Below, one piece after another: positions 1 through 9,026 of a stretch of 64,000 nucleotides of DNA; the first letter of the stretch is position 1, and every line of letters begins with the position of its first letter. The notes under the pieces are model-generated. The model was given only the letters and a program-made list of their open reading frames with translations, ran no database searches and had not been told where the DNA came from. A program made the position numbers and the translations under genes. Source of the stretch: Pseudothermotoga sp. (lineage in GTDB: Bacteria > Thermotogota > Thermotogae > Thermotogales > DSM-5069); the NCBI GenBank assembly GCA_031962025.1, contig JAVRKW010000002.1; one strand, 5' to 3'.

Positions 1-771
1 CCAATCACTTCCACCAAAGGTCTTTTGCCATATCAGCTCACCCTTTTGTGAAACCTTTACAAGCCACATATCTGCGGAACCGTTGTTGAATTGAACATCT
101 TTATCACAGGACTTTGTCATACCGACAACAACATACCCATCTTCCAGCTTTGCAAGGCTGAACGCCGTGTCCCAGTCACTACCACCAAAGGTTCTATCCC
201 ACAGAATATTGCCCTGATAATCTGTTTTGACAATCCAGAAATCTTCCGATCCACAACAGGTCGTGTAGCCGGCAAACACATATCCGTCATCCTCAATCAC
301 ATCAAAAGCCGTTTCATAACCTTTTGTCCCATAACACTTTTTCCATTCAAGATTACCCTTGCTGTCGTATTTCACAAGCCACGTGTCCTGTCCACCGTAC
401 TGAACAGGAAAATCACCATCTTGAGAATCACTTATCACGGTTGCTATGAACCCACCGTCCGTTGTTGGCTTGACACAAATTGCACCGTCAGTGCCGCTGC
501 CGCCAAGTTCCTTCTGCCAGATTAACTTCCCGTCCTTTGATAACTTAACCAATAGGGCGTTTTGATCACCATAACCGGTCCATCCGGCGACGATAATTCC
601 ATCTGAAAGCGTAGCCACGTTGTAAGCTATGTCTCTTGAAGTTTTTCCTATGAACCCAAGCCACTGAACGTTGTCTGTGCGCGTGGATCTTTCGTATGGG
701 ATCAAAAAAATCATCAGCAAAAACAGTACTCCTATGATTATCACAGTCCAGAACGCAGAAACCTTTGCCAC
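1..771 (-). CDS. Exported/membrane-anchored beta-propeller repeat protein (runs off the window)
   Basis: Not in the ORF track; read manually. GTG at 771 follows a GGGAGG SD; hydrophobic N-terminus (MAKVSAFWTVIIIGVLFLLMIFLIPY); repeats such as DFWIVKTDYQGNILWDRTFGGSDWD and DMWLVKVSQKGELIWQKTFGGSDW. Confidence 0.75.
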   Translation of the reverse strand, partial: MAKVSAFWTVIIIGVLFLLMIFLIPYERSTRTDNVQWLGFIGKTSRDIAYNVATLSDGIIVAGWTGYGDQNALLVKLSKDGKLIWQKELGGSGTDGAICVKPTTDGGFIATVISDSQDGDFPVQYGGQDTWLVKYDSKGNLEWKKCYGTKGYETAFDVIEDDGYVFAGYTTCCGSEDFWIVKTDYQGNILWDRTFGGSDWDTAFSLAKLEDGYVVVGMTKSCDKDVQFNNGSADMWLVKVSQKGELIWQKTFGGSDW

Positions 772-921
772 AAAACCACCTCCCTGTTTATTTTAATACC
801 AACCCTGCCAAAATTTCTGTGTAAAAGTATCAATATTTTTGATAGTCACTTAATTATTATTGAGAATAATCAAAATATACATCATATATATAATTAGTAC
901 TTAAAAATATTGAAAATGGAC

Positions 922-950
922 TTGACATTTTTTGAGTGCAGTGATAAAAT
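922..950 (+). promoter_or_regulatory. Sigma70-type promoter
   Basis: TTGACA-17 nt-TAAAAT just upstream of the GGAGGTG SD of the small ORF at 970. Confidence 0.7.
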
Positions 951-969
951 TTTTTCGGAGGTGATATCA

Positions 970-1137
970 ATGATGGAATACTTGATAGCAAAAGCAAGGA
1001 TCGACGAGCTTCTGAAGGAGGCTGAAACTGAAAGAATGCTGAATCAGCTGAAAAAACAGATCAGGGTTATCAGGGGTTCAAATGTTAACAGCCAGAAAAC
1101 CGCTGAACAGACAAGACATTCAAAAACTCATGTCTGA
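970..1137 (+). CDS. Small hypothetical protein (~55 aa)
   Basis: ATG at 970 with GGAGGTG SD and consensus promoter; MMEYLIAKARIDELLKEAETERML. Confidence 0.6.
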   Translation: MMEYLIAKARIDELLKEAETERMLNQLKKQIRVIRGSNVNSQKTAEQTRHSKTHV

Positions 1138-1607
1138 TTCATCAATTTTTCTGCAAAGTCCAAAATCTTTTGAGTCCTAATACCAAACTGCGGCTTGGCT
1201 CTTTTTTCAATCTGCCTGAGTATGAATCTGAACAGAAAATTCATTCTTTGATAATTCAACTCACCTCCAAAGAAATCCTTCACCCTGACAATGCTTAAAA
1301 GTTCTCTGTCAAAATTACTGTTTATGTATTGATCAAAGTGTTTTTGTTCGCCAAGCATGCACAAATAGATACCAACTTTCTTTTCTTTGATCTTTTGAAA
1401 GTTCATAGACATGAACCTTTTGATCTTTTTACTTATGTGACCGGCGTGCACATAACTGCCAATCACAATGCAATCATAACTCTCAAGGCTGGGTAATCTT
1501 TGCTCTGAGATATTTACCATATCAGCATTTTGCAGTTTCTCGGCGATTATTTTTGCACATTTTTCAGCTGTTCCAGTATAAGTATCATAAACAATAAGAG
1601 TTTTCAT
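1128..1607 (-). CDS. Flavodoxin domain protein (HemG/Flavodoxin_5-like)
   Basis: MKTLIVYDTYTGTAEKCA FMN loop; IVIGSYVHAGHI; FFGGELNY. Confidence 0.8.
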   Translation of the reverse strand: MKTLIVYDTYTGTAEKCAKIIAEKLQNADMVNISEQRLPSLESYDCIVIGSYVHAGHISKKIKRFMSMNFQKIKEKKVGIYLCMLGEQKHFDQYINSNFDRELLSIVRVKDFFGGELNYQRMNFLFRFILRQIEKRAKPQFGIRTQKILDFAEKLMNQT

Positions 1608-1682
1608 ACAATTACCCTGCTGCAATTATACTCTTTGCGGTACAATAATTATAAAACTGATTATGCGAAGAAGGGTTAATCG

Positions 1683-2789
1683 ATGTTCTTTGCTCTCTGT
1701 GTTCTTGAAGCGCTTGTGTATTCGGTTATGGCTTGCTCCACGCTCATGAGCCAGTATTTTGCTTTTTCGGGGTTCTCCCCACTTCAACTTGGTTTTATCA
1801 TGGCTTTACCTTCTTTGACCTCGATTTATGCCAACTTTATATACTTCAACATCGGTGCCAGATTTTCTATCAGAAAAACTGTGATGCTTTTTTCACTGTG
1901 CGCCAGTGCATCACTCTGGTTTGTATTTTTATCAAAGGGTTTTTACCTGAAATTTCTGTTCATGATCATTTTGACTTTTTTTCAGGGTGCACTATTGCCA
2001 CTTATCGAATCTGCTATGATCGATTATTCACACAGTTCATCTTTATCTTACAACAAAATAAGAATCTGGGGTACTATCGGATATACCATCACTGCGTTCA
2101 TCGCTGGCAGGATTGTTAAATCTGGTTTTGTGTGGTTTTTTGCGATCTTTTCAGCAATTTTCTTGATGATAAATGTTCTTTCCAGGTTACTTCATCAAAA
2201 AACTGCAGAGCGACAGAAAACAAAATTGAAAGCTGTGAGCAAAAGCTTTTTGTTGCTTTTTGCCATAGTCACAGCATGTGTCGGATTTAACCTGTTTAAC
2301 AGCGTTTTTTTGCCAGTTTTAGTCAAAGAGAGATCGTATGATCCGTCGCTGGTTGGAACAACACTGTCTTTGATGGCACTCAGTGAACTACCATTTCTTT
2401 TGAACGCAGAAAAAATACGCACAAGATTGAAAAGCAATGTCCTTTTTATGACAGGCGTTTTCGTAATTGGTATGAGACTTGTTCTTGTACCTTTGAGCTG
2501 GTCTCAAACAAGTCTTATACTCATCCAGATGCTTCATGGCTGGACTTTCATAGTGATATACTATTCAACGATTCACCTGATGAGAGAAAAACTAAAAGGA
2601 CAGGCTCTTTTATACACGCAGGCGCTTTTCTGGATAGCCCTTCAGGGCATAGGACCGTTGATCGGCTCGACAATCGGAGGAGTTGTTGTAGAAAAGATGG
2701 GAACAGATAACACGTATTTGCTTTTTGGAATGTTATGTCTTGGCATGGCAGTTTATTCAGTTTATTTTTTAAAAAGGCACTTTGAATAA
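1683..2789 (+). CDS. MFS transporter
   Basis: ~12 hydrophobic segments; YNKIRIWGTIGY motif of MFS_1-like permeases. Confidence 0.8.
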   Translation: MFFALCVLEALVYSVMACSTLMSQYFAFSGFSPLQLGFIMALPSLTSIYANFIYFNIGARFSIRKTVMLFSLCASASLWFVFLSKGFYLKFLFMIILTFFQGALLPLIESAMIDYSHSSSLSYNKIRIWGTIGYTITAFIAGRIVKSGFVWFFAIFSAIFLMINVLSRLLHQKTAERQKTKLKAVSKSFLLLFAIVTACVGFNLFNSVFLPVLVKERSYDPSLVGTTLSLMALSELPFLLNAEKIRTRLKSNVLFMTGVFVIGMRLVLVPLSWSQTSLILIQMLHGWTFIVIYYSTIHLMREKLKGQALLYTQALFWIALQGIGPLIGSTIGGVVVEKMGTDNTYLLFGMLCLGMAVYSVYFLKRHFE

Positions 2790-2835
2790 GTGAGCTACCG
2801 TCCATCTGTGCAGGTATGGACTTTTTGCTTTGTTG

Positions 2836-3720
2836 CTATATATTGCATCTTCTGAGAAGCTCACACAAAAGATTCTCTTCTTTGTTTACGTCAATACAGA
2901 CAACATCGAGTTCCTTTTTAAGCCTGTCAACTACCTGTGATATATCTAATTTTGATAGCTGATATCCTTCAACTCGCCGTTCTGGATAGCACGGATTGAC
3001 TGTTACACACAGCAATTTTGGTTTTCTCTTCACGGCAATGTCCAGCTTTTCCAGCAACTTCTCGAGCTTTGCATAGTCATCCATTAAAATCAAGTGTATC
3101 GGTGATTCTACCAGCAAAGATTTGTCTGAGCAAGACAGTAATTTATCAACACCAACAACACCAAAAAACTGTATCCTGTTTCTGTCATCTGCTTGCGGCA
3201 GCATAAAGGCTTTTACCATAAATCTTGTTTCAGCAACGAGTTCATTCAGGTCTGTAGTTCTTGCGGCTCCCGTTGCTATAATCACATAATCCACATACTG
3301 AAACGGCACCATTCTGTTTATAGCTCCATCGACCAGCAGGAAATCTACCGCGTAGAGCTGAATCTTTTTCATCACATCTAAAAGATCATCACTTGAGTTT
3401 GGACCGACAAGCACAGCCGTACCAAGTTCTTTTACTCTGTAGATACAAATCTTTCCCATAGGGGTTTTCAGGGGCAGGTTCTCAAGCAGTTCCAACTTCG
3501 CAGTCGAATGACGTGCTGCCCGTTCACTTGTTACCACCACGGTACCTTCATCGACGACAACTTTGGGTTTTGGTAAACCTGTAACATGATCAAAGTCTTC
3601 GCCGTCAAAACCAATACTGGTTACTGCGAGTTTTTTATCGCTCAAACATCTGATAACCGCACCCAGGGCTGTCGTTTTACCTGTGTTCTTGGCTGTTCCC
3701 AGAATCCCGATCGTCAGCAT
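2836..3720 (-). CDS. KamB-like aminomutase reactivase subunit (P-loop protein)
   Basis: GILGTAKNTGKTT P-loop; TSIGFDGEDFDHVTGLPKP and LVDGAINR resemble lysine 5,6-aminomutase accessory KamB; overlaps the mutase stop. Confidence 0.65.
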   Translation of the reverse strand: MLTIGILGTAKNTGKTTALGAVIRCLSDKKLAVTSIGFDGEDFDHVTGLPKPKVVVDEGTVVVTSERAARHSTAKLELLENLPLKTPMGKICIYRVKELGTAVLVGPNSSDDLLDVMKKIQLYAVDFLLVDGAINRMVPFQYVDYVIIATGAARTTDLNELVAETRFMVKAFMLPQADDRNRIQFFGVVGVDKLLSCSDKSLLVESPIHLILMDDYAKLEKLLEKLDIAVKRKPKLLCVTVNPCYPERRVEGYQLSKLDISQVVDRLKKELDVVCIDVNKEENLLCELLRRCNI

Positions 3721-5492
3721 TTTCTGACCGTTCCCCTGCCTGCCCTGCCGGGGTTTGCTCCTTCTTCTCTGGTTCCAAATAAACCTTCGTACAGTGATGC
3801 CACAAAATCACCGCGTTCGGCAACTTTCCTGAGAGTATCGTAGATTCCATCTTTAATCATCTGTGCATACTCAAAGGCTTGTTTTGTTGGTTCTATCTTT
3901 GTTTTTCCGAAGAATCTAAACGCATCGGCGATGGCTCTGAGACTATCTATTCTTGCAGAGGTCGTTATAGCGCCTCTTGCATAAGCTTCATCTGTTGAAG
4001 ATACGGTTATAGCATCGAGCTCAAGTGATTTTCCAAGGGCTGCATGGAGGGCTGTTGTCATAGCTGATTGCACCCTATCTTCTGTATGGGTCATAAAACC
4101 GATTGGTTCTCCGGGCCATATAGGAGCGTCGATGATCTGTCTCAAAGCAAGGACTTTGCCGACATTGTAATCCACATAATTGTCCTGCATATATCCGTTT
4201 ATGATGGCATCTGGAGAATAACAGAACAAAGGCTTGAGTATAGGTCTTGCGCCGAGTTTCACACCCAGGTATGCCACAACGATCATCCCTGCAAATGCCT
4301 TTGGCGCTGGAACTCCACCGAGTTCTTCGTTTGTGGGTAAATCAAACGGCATTTTGAATCTCGCCGCAAGTTTTATAGAAAAAACACCATCGACTGTGAG
4401 CCTCTCTGGATCTGTACCGCCGTTCAGTGACCCATAGACTATGTTGATCTTTGTGAGATCAGCCCCGGCTTCGTGCGCAAGTAAAACTGTCTCTGGTGTG
4501 TTAACACCTCTGTGAGCACGCACACACCACAGTGTTGAGTCATCCAGAGCAGATTTTATGAGTTTGAGATTTTCGAGCGTTATGATCGAGCCATCTTCTT
4601 CGTGTGCCAGCAACCCTTCTAACAGACCTTCGCATCTTGCACCCCAGGATGGGTCAAAGTGCAAAACTCCATCTGCACCCCAGGCTTCACTGATTTTTAT
4701 GTGCATCGCATCCATGAATGGACAGCCCGTGCCGTACTGCACAAAAATCAGTGGCATTTCAGTACTATGACGCAGTGTCCTTGACTGATAGGAAATTTTA
4801 CCGATCAATCGGCTTAGCTTGTCGATTTCCTCCTGAGTGATCAATCTAACACGTTTTGGAACAGTTCTTTCTCTGTAATAAGACCTGACAGGATCATCGC
4901 ACAGCTTTGTATATTCATCCCAAAGATCTTCACCGCTGATGATTCTTTCTCTGATCATCGCTCTTTCAATACCCGGACTTGTTCTTTCAGACGCCCACTG
5001 AATTATCTGGTCGGTTATTTTTTCAAGAAGATCGACAAACGCGCTGTCCTTGATTTGATAGGTATATCCCTGTGTAATGTCTCTTTTGACTTTCTTTACA
5101 CCATTGCCCTGCGCTGATAATTCTCTACCTTCCACATAGGCAATTACCTCTTCCCAGCGCGTTTTTTCTCCAAAACCTGCATCATAACCGAGTTCTGCGG
5201 CAAGCTCTCTGGTTATCGCTTTGCCACCAACAACAACTTTGCATCTTCTTCTCAACCCCGACGCATCCAGAAGATCTATGAACCTTCCTAAAAGTTCCGC
5301 GGCATTGTAACCAAGTGTCCTGCTGACCATTATGTAATCGGGTAATTCTTTCTGGCATATTTCGATTATCTCTTCCATTTTCATATCCGGTGGCAGCAAA
5401 ATGGTCTGGTAACCTCGCCGGGAAAATTCCCGATTTAGCATCTTCAAAGCAACATCGTGAACAGGGTCCAGTGGTACCAGAACTATCTTCAT
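3714..5492 (-). CDS. Cobalamin-dependent aminomutase-like protein (N-terminal B12-binding domain + KamD/OraE-like TIM barrel)
   Basis: DPVHDVALK, VSRTLG, VVVGG, AAELGYDAGFG (B12 Rossmann domain); PLIFVQYGTG, GADG, ITLENLKLIKSALD, GVNTPET, YGSL, APIWPGEPIGFMT, STDEA parallel lysine 5,6-aminomutase alpha motifs. Confidence 0.75.
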   Translation of the reverse strand: MKIVLVPLDPVHDVALKMLNREFSRRGYQTILLPPDMKMEEIIEICQKELPDYIMVSRTLGYNAAELLGRFIDLLDASGLRRRCKVVVGGKAITRELAAELGYDAGFGEKTRWEEVIAYVEGRELSAQGNGVKKVKRDITQGYTYQIKDSAFVDLLEKITDQIIQWASERTSPGIERAMIRERIISGEDLWDEYTKLCDDPVRSYYRERTVPKRVRLITQEEIDKLSRLIGKISYQSRTLRHSTEMPLIFVQYGTGCPFMDAMHIKISEAWGADGVLHFDPSWGARCEGLLEGLLAHEEDGSIITLENLKLIKSALDDSTLWCVRAHRGVNTPETVLLAHEAGADLTKINIVYGSLNGGTDPERLTVDGVFSIKLAARFKMPFDLPTNEELGGVPAPKAFAGMIVVAYLGVKLGARPILKPLFCYSPDAIINGYMQDNYVDYNVGKVLALRQIIDAPIWPGEPIGFMTHTEDRVQSAMTTALHAALGKSLELDAITVSSTDEAYARGAITTSARIDSLRAIADAFRFFGKTKIEPTKQAFEYAQMIKDGIYDTLRKVAERGDFVASLYEGLFGTREEGANPGRAGRGTVRKC

Positions 5493-5719
5493 TTTTCACC
5501 GCCCCCATCGATCCAGCCGTATTTATCACCCGGTCTGTACACATAAGCTCTGAGTCTGATTCTTGCAGCAAAACCATTGTGCTCCACAAAGACCACATCG
5601 ACGTCCTTAAAACCAAAAGACTTCATCATCTGGATACCAATATCACGAGCCTGCTGTTCGCTTTCAGATAACAGGGTGGTTTCAACATCCACCGCATCTA
5701 TTACATATTCTTCGAACAT
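5489..5719 (-). CDS. Small protein resembling the aminomutase dimerization domain
   Basis: GAGGTG SD; 4-nt overlap with the mutase start; TTLLSESEQQARDIGIQMMKSFGFKDVDVVFVEH resembles the KamE N-terminal / OAM dimerization domain pattern. Confidence 0.55.
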   Translation of the reverse strand: MFEEYVIDAVDVETTLLSESEQQARDIGIQMMKSFGFKDVDVVFVEHNGFAARIRLRAYVYRPGDKYGWIDGGGEK

Positions 5720-5728
5720 TAAATCACC

Positions 5729-6577
5729 TCACTCTTTTAAAGCACCATCCATGATATAACCCTGTGCCACAACTCTCGCATCGCCTTCTAAATAAATATC
5801 CTTGAAAAAAGATGAAACCATCTTGAAACCAACTTTCAAATTACCTCCTCTTGCTCGAACCAAAACTGGAGACTGCACCTTTGAAAGAAGGTGAGATACC
5901 AGACAGGAAGCGATTGAACCTGTCCCACAGGCAAGTGTTTCGTCCTCCACACCGCGCTCGTAAGTTCTTATGGTTATTTCATTTCTGCCAGAGATTTTCA
6001 CGAAATTCACGTTTGTACCATTTGCAAAGACATCTGTGCAGTATCTGAGCCTTCTTCCAAGATCTTTTAAAAGATCGTCACTCATCGATTCAACATCCTG
6101 TGTATATACAACTGCATGTGGAACTCCCACAACTGCAAAATGATATTCAATCTCACCAAAGCCAAAATCGTGGTGTTGGTTCAATTTGAAAAAATTCACA
6201 TCCAAGTCTGGAAAAATCACTCTCACATTCTCGCCGATGATCAGAGCCTCGTATATACCTGAAATGGTTTGAAATTTCATCCTTTCACGTGCAACACCTG
6301 AAAGATAAGCAAACTTTGAAACACATCGAGCACCATTACCGCACATTTCACCTTCGCTTCCATCTGAATTGAAATACCTCATTTTGAAGTCCGCCTTATC
6401 TGAGTTTTCAAGAATTATCAAGCCATCCGCACCTATCGATTTTCTTCTGCGGCAAACTAATCTCACAAAATCTTTTATATCCATATCAAGATCTTTGAGA
6501 ATACCTTCTCTGTTGTCTATCAAAATAAAATCATTGCCAGCACCATTCATCTTCACAAATTTCACTTTCATCAACAT
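5729..6577 (-). CDS. dapF: Diaminopimelate epimerase
   Basis: KMNGAGNDF, IGADG, NSDGSEGEMCGNG, VGVPH, NVNF, YERGVEDETLACGTG; both catalytic Cys present. Confidence 0.92.
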   Translation of the reverse strand: MLMKVKFVKMNGAGNDFILIDNREGILKDLDMDIKDFVRLVCRRRKSIGADGLIILENSDKADFKMRYFNSDGSEGEMCGNGARCVSKFAYLSGVARERMKFQTISGIYEALIIGENVRVIFPDLDVNFFKLNQHHDFGFGEIEYHFAVVGVPHAVVYTQDVESMSDDLLKDLGRRLRYCTDVFANGTNVNFVKISGRNEITIRTYERGVEDETLACGTGSIASCLVSHLLSKVQSPVLVRARGGNLKVGFKMVSSFFKDIYLEGDARVVAQGYIMDGALKE

Positions 6578-6662
6578 TCAGCGCAGTCAATCTCATCTTC
6601 TGTAAGATAAAAAATGCGCTGTGTCCTCCTTTCTAAATAAACGGTGGACATTTGACTGATAT

Positions 6663-7571
6663 TTACAGCAATCTACATAGCAAATCATCTTTTTCACCAC
6701 AGAGAAAATCGATCACAGGTATCTCAGGAAGCGTGTAGCATCCGGGCTTTTGTTTCACAGTAGCCCTTGCCGCAGCAACCATTACCTGTGCTGTCGCGGC
6801 TGGATTGTTCACCCACATGTGAAATTCCATTCTCTGATTGCAGGCTTTAGCCGAAGTACCTTTGCGCTCTATCTTTACACAGTGACCCATATCCACCAGT
6901 CTGCTCACATCATTCACCTGATTTATGTAAAGCTCATCGTGTGAGAAATAGGGGTCTTGGGCTATTTTCTTTGCGACATCTGCAAAATCATATCCCTCTT
7001 TCAACTGAACATAAACAACCCTTGAATGCATTCCCATGCCTTTTGGATAGGTTATCGAAATGGCATCTTTTACACCTTCTATACGTTTCACAGCCACAGT
7101 ATGACCCATGCTCATACCGGGTCCGAAATTCGTCCAGGTGATACCTTTTGGAGCTATTATTTCAAAAATCACCCTTATGATCGAATCAGTTCCAGGATCC
7201 CAGCCGGCAGATATGATCGAAACGGCACCGCTTTCTTTTGCGATTTTGTCAAGGTCTTTCTTTAAACGTATAGCACCCTCTGCACCGTGTATATCGTAAG
7301 CATCGACGGTGTTTATGCCTCTTCTCAGATACTGCGGTGCAATATGCGGAACAGCTCTACTGTCAATTGCCAGAATGGCGACATCGGGTTTGATAAAATT
7401 TTCAACGCTGTCGGATATGGGTATGTTTTTGAATTCTTCTTTTAGCAAATTGATTTTCTCAGATATCTCAACTATGCCGACCAACTCCATATCTTCGCTC
7501 TGAGAAATACAATCAAAGACAGCACGCCCAACATTACCCATGCCGACAATCGCAACTTTTATCCTGCTCAT
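6663..7571 (-). CDS. ddh: meso-diaminopimelate D-dehydrogenase (type II-like)
   Basis: VGMGNVG Rossmann; NTVDAYDIHG; AGWDPGTDS; TNFGPGMSMGHTVA. Confidence 0.88.
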   Translation of the reverse strand: MSRIKVAIVGMGNVGRAVFDCISQSEDMELVGIVEISEKINLLKEEFKNIPISDSVENFIKPDVAILAIDSRAVPHIAPQYLRRGINTVDAYDIHGAEGAIRLKKDLDKIAKESGAVSIISAGWDPGTDSIIRVIFEIIAPKGITWTNFGPGMSMGHTVAVKRIEGVKDAISITYPKGMGMHSRVVYVQLKEGYDFADVAKKIAQDPYFSHDELYINQVNDVSRLVDMGHCVKIERKGTSAKACNQRMEFHMWVNNPAATAQVMVAAARATVKQKPGCYTLPEIPVIDFLCGEKDDLLCRLL

Positions 7572-7608
7572 TAATTCATTCTCCTTTCCAAGGCTGATTG
7601 GTTCTTTT

Positions 7609-7633
7609 AAAGGGGGACAAAAGTCCCCCTTTT
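7609..7633. terminator. Intra-operon hairpin (terminator or mRNA stabiliser)
   Basis: AAAGGGGGAC-AAAA-GTCCCCCTTTT between the transporter and ddh. Confidence 0.55.
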
Positions 7634-7634
7634 A

Positions 7635-9011
7635 TCACATGAGTATCATCGCCACTATCGTTGCACCAACAAATCCGAGAATAACTGGTACGAAGTTTTT
7701 CCTTGCAATTTCTTCTGGCTTTGTTTTACAAACAGCAGCCACTGCGATTAAAGCCCATGGAACTATGGTACCTCCACCGGTGTTAACAGCCGTGAGCTGT
7801 CCAAGAGCCGCAAGAACAGATGACTTTACTTTGGCTGCGGCGCCAAGTCCTCCTGCAAGGGTACCCATCAGGGGTAAGCCTGAAAATCCCGAACCGTCAA
7901 GACCTGTGATTGCACCAATAACAGCCTGCATTGGAGCAACAGCAAATCTATTAAGTGGTACCTTGGCAGCGAGTGCATTGCTCAAATCAAAAAGTAAAGG
8001 TCTGCCAGCACTTCCAAATATTTGTGCTGCAGGACCACCACCCATGTAGAACAAAGCGGCTATGACAAAAACTGGTGCAAAGATTTTCACACCGAACATG
8101 AATCCTTCTCTGAGAAAATCAACACCAAGTTCAAGGCCCTCTGTTTTGTACTGTACGAGCGTGAATACGAGTAAAAGCAATGCCGCTGTACCACCAAGTA
8201 GTGCCGTCGCATCCCCGCCACGAAGTTTCAGAGCGAGCATGAGTACTATATCGAGTAAAAATGCCATAGTCACTACAACAGCCTCGGCTTTTGCAAAAGC
8301 ACTGTGCTCAGTACTTTTACTCTTTACAACGCTTTCTCCAAAAATCTCTATATCTTTCTTTGGATCATACCCTTTGTTCGCCTTCATCGTGAAATAGTAA
8401 GTGAGTGGAATTGCAATCACTGCCCAAACGATGATCAATGGTACCATGGAACTCATAACTGTACCAACAGGTAATCCCGCCGCCTTAGCCGTCAGTGTTG
8501 GCGCACCTTGAATTACAAAATCCGTTGTCAGTGATATACCATAAGCAAACATGGCTATCGCTACGCCCGCTCCCACTGGAGATAGTCCGGCACTAACCGC
8601 AACTGGAACCAGCAAGCTTCCTATCAGAGCAACTGCGGGGGTGGGCCATATAAAGAGAGCGAGAATGGCTGTGATGATACCTACGAACCAAAAGGCAGAA
8701 TTCGGTCCTTTAATGGGTTTCCCAAGCGTTCTTATCAATACAGCTGCGGCTCCGCTTTTCTCCATCTGCTTGGAAAGGGCAACCATCAAAGAAATAACCA
8801 CAACAATGCCCATCAGTTCATTTGCCGTGACCACAATAGCATTGAAAACTGACTGAACTGCACCCAAGAAAGAGCCCGTCACTGCCCAGCCAACACACAG
8901 AGCGCCAATGATACAAATGAGTGGGGTGTCCTTTCTCAGAAACATGGTTACCACAACTGCAGCCATGAAAAATAAATACAACCAGTGAGCCAATGTGAGC
9001 TCCACCGCCAT
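7635..9011 (-). CDS. Integral membrane transporter (ion-transporter superfamily-like)
   Basis: ~12 TM segments; WPTPAVAL, TTDFVIQGAP, GLDGSGFSGLPL motifs. Confidence 0.7.
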   Translation of the reverse strand: MAVELTLAHWLYLFFMAAVVVTMFLRKDTPLICIIGALCVGWAVTGSFLGAVQSVFNAIVVTANELMGIVVVISLMVALSKQMEKSGAAAVLIRTLGKPIKGPNSAFWFVGIITAILALFIWPTPAVALIGSLLVPVAVSAGLSPVGAGVAIAMFAYGISLTTDFVIQGAPTLTAKAAGLPVGTVMSSMVPLIIVWAVIAIPLTYYFTMKANKGYDPKKDIEIFGESVVKSKSTEHSAFAKAEAVVVTMAFLLDIVLMLALKLRGGDATALLGGTAALLLLVFTLVQYKTEGLELGVDFLREGFMFGVKIFAPVFVIAALFYMGGGPAAQIFGSAGRPLLFDLSNALAAKVPLNRFAVAPMQAVIGAITGLDGSGFSGLPLMGTLAGGLGAAAKVKSSVLAALGQLTAVNTGGGTIVPWALIAVAAVCKTKPEEIARKNFVPVILGFVGATIVAMILM

Positions 9012-9026
9012 AACCCCTTCACCTCC

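Noticed and set aside
91..525. 144-aa plus-strand ORF
   Set aside because: It is the antisense shadow of the minus-strand beta-propeller gene (1-771), which has an SD and repeat structure
3714..5492. Possible corrinoid methyltransferase or glutamate mutase
   Set aside because: The barrel motifs and the flanking KamB-like and dimerization-like genes fit the aminomutase family better
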